From IMG/VR virus record IMGVR_UViG_3300043436_004687, positions 275,636 through 339,635 of that record: 64,000 bases of DNA, one strand, 5' to 3'. The notes beneath the pieces were generated by a model. The model worked only from the letters and a program-made list of their open reading frames with translations. It was not told the DNA's origin and searched no databases. The stretch's first letter is position 1, and each line of letters begins with the position of its first letter. Below are positions 55,803 to 64,000 of the stretch, piece after piece. Made by a program: the position numbers and the translations under genes.

Positions 55803-56494
55803 TTATCTTCATAAAATGTTTCAAAAACATCACCACAAATCTCACCAAAATCTCTAATTAGACAAGCATATTCATAAATTTGATTTACCTTAATATTTGG
55901 GTGATTGTTAATGAAATTAAAATCCATATCTTCAAATTCTCTTAACAAATTTACTAACTTTATTTCAATTGCATTTTCAAGGAAACTTAAAGAAATAGGG
56001 TTGAGATAAGTTTTAAATAAAGAAGCCGCATTTAAGTCTAGCTTTAAACCATATTCATTGATGGTTAAATTTCCATTTTGTTTTGTTATATTCATCTTTA
56101 TTTAATTTTAAGTCCAACTATTTTTACAAATAAGATATAAACGATAAACCTCATCATCAGTAAGTTTATCTAAACTTCTCCAATTTGTTCTCCCATATTG
56201 GTCACTATAATCGTGACCCGCTTTTTTAACCAAAGAATTATTGAAAACATTGTAGTTTGCTTCAGTACCTTTAATTAATGCTTCTAACCCCTTTCTATCA
56301 AGTTCTATTTTCATAATTTATTTTCTTTTAAAATTTCTATTGCTTGGTTAAATCCAGTTTTTTTACCTCTTTCATAGGTATCTTCACTTAATTGCTTTAA
56401 AACTTTTCTTAATTCATCACATTGCCATAGTGAGGATTTATTTTCGTTTTCCATTGAATTAAAAACCCAATTTATTTTTTGAAATGCCGTATCT

Positions 56495-57061
56495 CTATCC
56501 ATATTTTTTAATTTTATATAATTTTCTTAAATCTATCATCGTACTATTATTATCAACAAACATAACACTTTCTTTATTGGTGTAAGGATTGATAATGAAT
56601 TTATCAACAATACCTAATTCTTTCATACCTCTAGGTTTACCTCTTTTATTTAAACGTTTTGTAAAAACTAAATCACCAATATTTATACTTTCTTTAGTAT
56701 ATGAATTTTTTTTCATAATATTTTCAAAATAATGGCTATTTTTTTCATCACCATTACCCTTACGTTGATTACAAATAAAACACATTGGTTGATAATTGGA
56801 TAAATGATTTGAACCACCCTTACTTTTAGGGTCTATATGGTCAATTGTCATAGGGACACCATTTTCACAATATAAATCTAAATGTTTATTACCTTTTCGA
56901 TCCACACCTAATGCTAAATTAGTACCAACATTATCACATGAAACACACTTACAACCTTTATGGAAAAATACTTGTAATCGTCTATGACTTGAATATTTAT
57001 CCAATTCTAATAATTCAAATTTCTGAATTATTTTATAATTGAAAAATAATGCTTTTTCCAT
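56495..57061 (-). CDS. HNH endonuclease domain protein
   Basis: CVSC...MTIDHIDPKSKGGSNHLSNYQPMCFICNQRKG. Confidence 0.88.
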   Translation of the reverse strand: MEKALFFNYKIIQKFELLELDKYSSHRRLQVFFHKGCKCVSCDNVGTNLALGVDRKGNKHLDLYCENGVPMTIDHIDPKSKGGSNHLSNYQPMCFICNQRKGNGDEKNSHYFENIMKKNSYTKESINIGDLVFTKRLNKRGKPRGMKELGIVDKFIINPYTNKESVMFVDNNSTMIDLRKLYKIKKYG

Positions 57062-57521
57062 AATTTTTAATTAAAATTAAATGCACAATCTATTTCACCA
57101 TTTACCAAACAAGGCATGTAATCACTACCCTCATAAAAATCGAAAGTATCATAAAACTCGCTATTTACTGCAATGTTTTCAATAACAACTATTACTGGAT
57201 ATTCATCACCATAATGAGGATGTTCATAACAGAATACTTCTTGACCCAAATGGTTAGTAAATTTACCATATAACGTTGGGTTTTGAGACATCAACTTTTC
57301 GTAATTTAATTTTTTCATAATTATAAATTTTGAATTCGTGTTCCTTTTTTATCGGTAGAAAACCAATACCATTTTTTCTTTGGGACAATAGTTATACTAT
57401 TTCTAGTATAAGCACAACTTCCAGCTCTTTTTTCATAGCCAAAAGATTCTAACATTGACACTAAATCATCTGATTTATCAACTACTATTAGTAAACAATT
57501 TTCATACATAATTAATTTATT

Positions 57522-58196
57522 TTAAAAATCATAACCTAACCTACTATCCATAGTAAATCCACATTCATTAGCAATGTCTAGTGGAACAAGAACACCATCA
57601 ATAAAAGTCTCATCATCCCCATTGCTACTAAATTCTTGATTTTCGATATTAGGGAAATATTTTTTAACCGCTTCTCTTTGTTTTAATCTTAATTCTCTAG
57701 GTAATTCTTTTGCTCTAATATTAGCAGAACCAAAAGCAGTTGATTTTGAGAATACTTGTTGGTATTTAAAACCTAGTTTTGGTTTTTTCATATTTGAATC
57801 TAAAAATATATCACAATCAAATATAACAACCTTATTATCACTTTCTCTAAAACCCAATTCTCGATAATAATTACCACAATCGGGATTTATTTTAAGATAC
57901 TCTTGAATCACATAATTATCCTTAGTTAATTCAGTTACTGCAATATAATCTTTACACCAAGTTGGGGCATCTCTATAAACTTCATATTCTAAAATATTAT
58001 GATTGAACCCATAATTTGCTTTAGGAATTTTAATCACAAATTTACCACAATCAGAACGAAATACTTCTCTAACAAACCCAGTTACTATATAACTCCATTC
58101 TTTACCATTGTATTGAAATTTAGTGTGTTGTTTTGCTATATCAAATAAACCACCTTTATCCGTTAAATCTACTGATTGTATTTGTTCTAATCTCAT
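57522..58196 (-). CDS. possible protein-kinase-like fragment
   Basis: G..REVF....FVIKIP....N..EYEVY resembles a kinase N-lobe; catalytic loop not evident. Confidence 0.35.
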   Translation of the reverse strand: MRLEQIQSVDLTDKGGLFDIAKQHTKFQYNGKEWSYIVTGFVREVFRSDCGKFVIKIPKANYGFNHNILEYEVYRDAPTWCKDYIAVTELTKDNYVIQEYLKINPDCGNYYRELGFRESDNKVVIFDCDIFLDSNMKKPKLGFKYQQVFSKSTAFGSANIRAKELPRELRLKQREAVKKYFPNIENQEFSSNGDDETFIDGVLVPLDIANECGFTMDSRLGYDF

Positions 58197-59237
58197 AATT
58201 CCAATTTTAAAGTGTTAGGTAAATAAAATAAATCTATATTGTATTCTTCCGTAAATAATTTAATTTTATACCATTGTTCTTTGTATTTAAAATACATATA
58301 TTTCCCCCAAGATGAATCTACAAATACTGGAGTTTTTTCACCATCAATAATTAAACTTGTTTCGTCCCAAGTTCTACCAAAACATACCTTAAAAGATGGT
58401 TTTTTAGCTTTAACCAATGATAAAATTACTTCTTTATCGTGTACTTTAGTCTTAAATTTCATAACCCAATTTTTAAATGTTGATACAAAGATATAAATTA
58501 TTATTTTAATTTCCTAATTTATATCCCTTTATTATGAATTTAAATAAGTTAATTCTTCTATTGCTATCCCACTCACTAACTTTCAATTCATAAGTTCTAA
58601 CAACATAATTCATAAATGAAATCAACTCATTATAATTCAAATCATTTAATTCATCTATTTGAAATTCAGAATCCAATGTTTTAAGATTACTTGCCCTAAA
58701 CAAACAACCCATAGGTTTATCCAAAAAATTTAAACCACCAATATAAATGGTTGTTTTATAATTTTCCCTAGAAATCCAACAATCTCTTTTCCCTATATAA
58801 AATCTTTCATTAATTGAACTCTCAATTAACTTATTAAAGTTAAATCTTAATTGCTTTATCATAATATTTTAGTTTAATATTACTGCAAAGATATAAATTA
58901 ATATTAACATATACAAATTTATTTCACTATTTAAAATTATTATAAACAATAAATAACTTTTGGTTAATTAAATAAAATATTGTAAATTTGCATTTAAATT
59001 GTAATATTATGTTAGTAAAAGAACTAAAAGAAGTAAAAGAAATAAATCTAAATGATTTGCAAAAATGGCAACAAGAAGAAAAAGTTCTTTTTGCTTATGT
59101 AATGACTAGTAAAGAAAACAAACAACTTTATTGCACCTTGCGAGGAAGTTATGAAGTTTGGCAAAATAATGAATTGGTGATGGAAACTATGCAACCATTT
59201 AAAGCTGTTGAAAAGTATAACAATTTAAAATAAAAAT

Positions 59238-59678
59238 ATGGGTAAAGAAGAATTGATACATAAAACATACCAAGATTTATTAGAACTTGATGATTATAAC
59301 CAGGTTAAACCATTTATTGATTTAAATGGGTGGTTACCTATGCGAAATTTACCAAAATATTTTGATTTAGATCAATTAATTGATAAATTTAGCTATGATG
59401 TTGACAAAGAATTAGACTTTAATAAAACATCAATTAGACCAATTAAATTAAAAGGAATTGAAGATAATAATGGGTGGGTAGTTATTAATACTGAAGACGA
59501 TTTACCAAAACAAGATTGTGATTGTTTCATTATCTTTTATGGGGGTAAAATTATTAGAAAGGGGTATTCTTATTCTCAACTAAGTAAAGAATTTAGTACA
59601 AACTATAAAGATTATAAATGGAATTTAATTTCACATTATCAAATAGTAAAAGAACCCATAGGATTACCATTAATCTAA
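59238..59678 (+). CDS. conserved Bacteroidota-phage protein
   Basis: IRPIKLKGIEDNNGW..I..EDDLP motif. Confidence 0.6.
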   Translation: MGKEELIHKTYQDLLELDDYNQVKPFIDLNGWLPMRNLPKYFDLDQLIDKFSYDVDKELDFNKTSIRPIKLKGIEDNNGWVVINTEDDLPKQDCDCFIIFYGGKIIRKGYSYSQLSKEFSTNYKDYKWNLISHYQIVKEPIGLPLI

Positions 59679-59705
59679 AAAAGTACACAATTGTGTACTT
59701 TTTTT
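59677..59705. terminator. bidirectional intrinsic terminator
   Basis: AAAAAAGTACACAATTGTGTACTTTTTT between convergent genes. Confidence 0.8.
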
Positions 59706-59886
59706 ACCCATTAATTATTTTTAAAGTAAAAATATAATCCCGCATGACATAAGGAATAGAAAAAGCTTTCAATAGCATATTGCCACCAATGAGTGAATAT
59801 CATGTGTTCCAAACCTTCATGTAAGTTAAAATATCTTGCTAAAATCATTTGTAATAAACCACTAATAATAAATAAAGTTGTTAATT

Positions 59887-60624
59887 TCATATTATCTTAT
59901 TTTCAATTAATTTTTCTTTCATTTGGTCAAAGGCAATTAATAATGAAGTTGCTTTAACTCTGGTTGCATTATCCCAAACCAATGAACCAATAAAATCAGT
60001 ATAATTTTTTCTTTCATTTTCAATATAAGTTAAGAAATCTTCTTTCTCAAGATTTTTATTACAATAACACTCTTCTTCATTTCTACAACAACTGAATAAA
60101 CCATGTTCATTTTTATAAGCATAAATCAATTTATATTTCCAAGTACATTCTGAATGATTTTGGTGAACATTATTTGGATCGACTTCACGACCCATTGGAT
60201 TAGCAAAAACTAATTTAGATTCAACAAAATCTATTGGTACGCCAGAATCATTAGCTATTTCTATATAATATTTAATAAAATTAATTGGCACTTTTTGTAT
60301 ATTATCTTCAATTAATTTTAAATCTGTTGTAAATATAATCCTTTCAATAACATAATCTTCTTCTTCCCAAAATTTTCTTGAATCAATATCACGTTGATTT
60401 GTTTTGCAAACCTCATCACCATATTTTGAATTAAAATGATAACCTCCTAAAGCAAGTGGTTCTGTTGATGAACAAATGTAAATATGTTTATTTGTCCTAA
60501 TTGCTCTAGTGGTTATCCCATCATCTAAATAAAGTTTATTATCAAACCCAAATTGGATTATTGATAATCCATCTGTGGATAGTAATTTAATTGTGTTTTT
60601 AATCATAATTGAATATATTTTCAA
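59887..60624 (-). CDS. paralog family 3 protein
   Basis: HIYICS...ERIIFTTDLKLIEDNIQKVPINFIKYYI. Confidence 0.65.
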   Translation of the reverse strand: MKIYSIMIKNTIKLLSTDGLSIIQFGFDNKLYLDDGITTRAIRTNKHIYICSSTEPLALGGYHFNSKYGDEVCKTNQRDIDSRKFWEEEDYVIERIIFTTDLKLIEDNIQKVPINFIKYYIEIANDSGVPIDFVESKLVFANPMGREVDPNNVHQNHSECTWKYKLIYAYKNEHGLFSCCRNEEECYCNKNLEKEDFLTYIENERKNYTDFIGSLVWDNATRVKATSLLIAFDQMKEKLIENKII

Positions 60625-61433
60625 AATTATTGTTTATTAAATCTTTAATTGTAAAAGGGCATTCATGATTCATTAAATTTATATTATAAACATTACCCAA
60701 ATAATCTGAATAATATATTATTTTCCCAAGGCAAGATTTTACTTCTCTACATAGAATTTCATCATTTCTCAATAATAAATTTTCAACATCACCATCAGAA
60801 TGATGAATGTTTTTTATTTTAACTAAAGAATTATCGGTTTTTAAATAAAACTCAATTTCTTCAGAACTATATTTAAATGTTGACTCTAACTTTATTTGAT
60901 CATTATGTGTTATTCCACTAATAGAATCAAATTCATATTCTTTATTTAAGAATACATATAAAGGATCAATTATTTTAATATTTAATAGAGTTTTTATTTG
61001 GTGAATATCTAATTCACTTATTATTTCATAAGCAAATTCTTTAATTAGCTTATCTTCACCAATAAAATTATAAACGTCCCTAGAAATAACCCTATTACAT
61101 TTATGCTGCTTCATTATATTCAAGTTCTTCTTTATAAATTTCAACTTCTTCAGATACTTCCATCATTTCAGATGGTAAAGCTTTGCGAAATCTCCATAAT
61201 GCAAATGCTGATTCTTGAAATCCATTTATTAATTTAAAATAAAATATTGGGTTATGAATTTCTTCTAACCAAACACCAGTAACAATACCATTATTATCAG
61301 CAAAGCCTCTTATAGTATATCTATTTCCCTCAACCACCCAATTAGGGCAACATTTAGTCAATTCTTCAACAGTATGGGGTTGCATTTTATCATCCACACA
61401 AATTACTGAATCACCTATATCAAACATAGTATT

Positions 61434-62021
61434 TTATTTTATATTTCTAAAACTAATTTTTTTATCAAAACCATTGCTTTCTAATTTTAAATCATCTGTT
61501 CTATTATCAACATAGTTTTGTTTCTCATCTATTTTATTTGCTAACCAAGTTGATAACCATTTATAAATTTCCTCAGCTGGAATAAATTTAGCTAATTGGA
61601 ATTCACTCAAAATAGGGAATTTAGTAAAATTATCTACTCTTATTCCAGTTGCTAAAATTATGGGACAATTTTCTTTTTTATTAATATTGTTTAAATCTTC
61701 TCTAATATCTAGACAATAATAATCTTCCCTAGAATATGTTTTTTTCTTATTTGAAATAAAAACACATTTATTGTCGGGATAATAAAAATTTTTAGTTTTT
61801 AATTCTTCACCAAATTGTTTTAAACTATCACCATAATGATAATTTTCACCATCAAAATAACCCTCAATTATTTTACCGCAAATAATAAAAGTTATTTTAC
61901 CTTTACTTGGTCTATATTTTTGGTAATAGAAATCTCTTCTATCTAAAATTAATTTTGGATCTTCTCCATAAACACCAGATAGAAAGTCATAATAATCTTT
62001 ATACTTACTTAATATTTTCAT
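61434..62021 (-). CDS. conserved phage protein (KDYYD...GFDKK.SFR motif)
   Basis: Recognisable N- and C-terminal motifs. Confidence 0.6.
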   Translation of the reverse strand: MKILSKYKDYYDFLSGVYGEDPKLILDRRDFYYQKYRPSKGKITFIICGKIIEGYFDGENYHYGDSLKQFGEELKTKNFYYPDNKCVFISNKKKTYSREDYYCLDIREDLNNINKKENCPIILATGIRVDNFTKFPILSEFQLAKFIPAEEIYKWLSTWLANKIDEKQNYVDNRTDDLKLESNGFDKKISFRNIK

Positions 62022-62869
62022 TTTAAATTTAATTTTTCTTTTATTAAATTTAATAAAGCTTTATCTAATTCAATAGTTGGATTACCAAAACCTTTAGAAA
62101 AGAAATTATTTAAAACTTCTTGTACTTCTTTTAAAGTAAGAACTGGTTTATTATGAATAACATAATCCTCAGCATTAGATTGTTCTTTAAAACGCTTATA
62201 ATTAGGTTTATCTTTTGTAAAATGCCCACCAATTGTTTTATGAGTTTTAAAAAATTTTGCATCGACCACATAAAATTCATCACCAGTGAATATTTCAGCA
62301 CCATCCAGTGTTTTAAATAAAGGCATTTTAACTTTACTCCAAGAACTTAATTCTTGATTAAGACATTTGCCGTACCACCCGAAATAACCATCATTATCAA
62401 TATAAAAATCTATAGAATTATTATTTATTCTAAAAGATTTAATTTTACAATCATTGTCTGTCCATTTTTTATCTAAAGAAACTATATCACCTAAAGAAAA
62501 AGTTTCACCATCGTCTAGTCTCTCAATTTGTCTAATACGCCAACCGCTATTGAGTAATTTAGTTAATGATTTACCATTACTATTTGTTCTTATAGAACTT
62601 GGGTAATAAGTGTCATTAAATAATGAATAATAATAAAGAGGTAAATCAAAATGTTCCAAAGAAAGTATTTTATATTCTAATGAACCAACGTAAATCTCCC
62701 AAAAATTCCCATTTTTTTCAACTTCGTTATTATCTATTTTTTTATCACTATAATTTCCAGCGCAAGGTGAATAACCAAAATTCCTATCACCTAACCCCAC
62801 AACCATACCAACTTCCCAATCATTTGGTAATGATGGATATTTTTGAATCAATTTATACTCTTTATTCAT
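62018..62869 (-). CDS. hypothetical phage protein (283 aa)
   Basis: Long ORF with upstream promoter-like TATTTG at ~62890. Confidence 0.65.
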   Translation of the reverse strand: MNKEYKLIQKYPSLPNDWEVGMVVGLGDRNFGYSPCAGNYSDKKIDNNEVEKNGNFWEIYVGSLEYKILSLEHFDLPLYYYSLFNDTYYPSSIRTNSNGKSLTKLLNSGWRIRQIERLDDGETFSLGDIVSLDKKWTDNDCKIKSFRINNNSIDFYIDNDGYFGWYGKCLNQELSSWSKVKMPLFKTLDGAEIFTGDEFYVVDAKFFKTHKTIGGHFTKDKPNYKRFKEQSNAEDYVIHNKPVLTLKEVQEVLNNFFSKGFGNPTIELDKALLNLIKEKLNLK

Positions 62870-62921
62870 ATTTATTTTTTTAATTATTGCAAATATATAA
62901 AATATAGTTTAATAAAGCAAA

Positions 62922-63308
62922 CTATATTTTGTTTTTGGTTAAATAATAAACAATATTCTGAAGTTCATGGAAATATTTAAATTTATATTGAACAAAACCA
63001 TCATTTTCATAACCCATATTATACCTAAATTCATCACCAACTTTTTCCAAATAATGAAATCTACCATTATAAGAAAAAAACCACTTATCTTTACCATTAA
63101 TTGCTTGAAATAAATTAGTTCTGCTTATTAATTCTTTTGTTATAGATAAACCTTTCAAGTCTTTTAAAAGATATTTACCAGATACAATAAACCCTACTTT
63201 TTTCAAATTTAACGTTTCATTTTCAATATCAATTAATGTAACCTCCATAATTCCAGAGTAATCATCCCAAATAAGATTACCACCTCTAAATTCATTTATA
63301 TCTAACAT
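62922..63308 (-). CDS. conserved phage protein (HELQN motif)
   Basis: INEFRGGN...KYFHELQNIVYYLT. Confidence 0.6.
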   Translation of the reverse strand: MLDINEFRGGNLIWDDYSGIMEVTLIDIENETLNLKKVGFIVSGKYLLKDLKGLSITKELISRTNLFQAINGKDKWFFSYNGRFHYLEKVGDEFRYNMGYENDGFVQYKFKYFHELQNIVYYLTKNKI

Positions 63309-63312
63309 ACTA

Positions 63313-63747
63313 TTATTTTTTAAAAATTATTTGTTCCATTACATTAAGATGATAAGCACCATTACCAACACCATATTTATGTAAATTTTTCTCCCTTATT
63401 AATTCTATACTTTTAACATATTGTTTCCATAGAATGCTTTCCACTGATGATAAATTTGCAATAATCTCCATTAACTTATCTTGTAATTTAAAATCACCAA
63501 CTTTATAATAATGTTTAAATAGAGTGTATAATTCCAAAAACCAATATGGTGCACCAATTGTTTTTTCAAACCCTCGATTTTTACATCTTTGTGAGGATGT
63601 TATCCCCGTATTGGATAAATAAGGAAATAATTTAAAAATTTGTTCTTCATTATCATCATCATAATAATTAAAACACTCTTCATCAAAACCTAATTCTTTT
63701 AAACTCAACGCTTGTTCGTAAGGTATAAATTCTTTATTCATCTCCAC
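63313..63747 (-). CDS. chimeric paralog family 1 protein
   Basis: N-terminus identical to 14772..15173; C-terminal half lacks the family motifs. Confidence 0.7.
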   Translation of the reverse strand: MEMNKEFIPYEQALSLKELGFDEECFNYYDDDNEEQIFKLFPYLSNTGITSSQRCKNRGFEKTIGAPYWFLELYTLFKHYYKVGDFKLQDKLMEIIANLSSVESILWKQYVKSIELIREKNLHKYGVGNGAYHLNVMEQIIFKK

Positions 63748-64000
63748 TTCCTTTTTTAATTAAAAAATACCATAACCAAATTATTTTTGGTCTTATTAAC
63801 TCATAAGCTAACCAAATTAGTAAATACTTTATCCCCATAATGTAATTAATGCATGAGATGTGCCAGTTAGAACTAAAATAAACATTGCAATAAACACACG
63901 TCTTTCTTTAGTTTGATCATTTAATAAGTCAATTATCACACAAGATAGGATAAACCCTATCAATAAAACATATGTTGTTAAAAAAAATCTATCCATAATT
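63680..64000. repeat. 321-bp perfect direct repeat, copy 2 (may extend beyond the window)
   Basis: Identical to 15106-15426. Confidence 0.95.

Noticed and set aside
1598-62883. Short antisense ORFs in the track (e.g. 1598, 3719, 4845, 7675, 8620, 10184, 13458, 16989, 17344, 19025, 20723, 22051, 22547, 23934, 24716, 30643, 32088, 34087, 35355, 40945, 45422, 48129, 54443, 58239, 62623)
   Set aside because: They shadow better-supported genes or regulatory elements on the opposite strand and have atypical composition
1-64000. Stop-codon recoding as the cause of the short ORFs
   Set aside because: Known families are full length in the standard code, and ORFs abut with ordinary start/stop overlaps

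Overview
Very AT-rich segment of a large dsDNA phage that most likely infects a Bacteroidota (Flavobacteriaceae-like) host. About 130 small, tightly packed ORFs lie mostly on the minus strand with no Shine-Dalgarno sites, and about 40 Bacteroidota sigma-70 promoters (TTTG-N20-TAnnTTTG) are present. No capsid, terminase or polymerase genes are visible, so this looks like an early/accessory region. Recognisable genes: DRB0094/Rnl5-type RNA ligase (partial), AAA ATPase, YopX, CAP-domain protein, Pth2-like protein, three HNH nucleases, a GIY-YIG homing endonuclease, solo TnpB, DenV, N-formylglutamate amidohydrolase, a zeta-like kinase, two GNAT-like proteins, DUF932 and several expanded paralog families. 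The most unusual part is 18.5-31.9 kb. It is an array of gene cassettes, each behind a near-identical promoter/leader repeat. Interleaved with them are seven dispersed, individually promoted ~55-85 nt non-coding units with variable middles and an invariant GTRGACTCC core, plus one ~430 nt multi-stem non-coding transcript. The block is bounded by two repeat-rich loci, each next to an HNH gene. A GIY-YIG cassette has also replaced the 3' end of the DUF932 gene and left the old end behind. All family calls are from motif recognition by eye; no searches were run.
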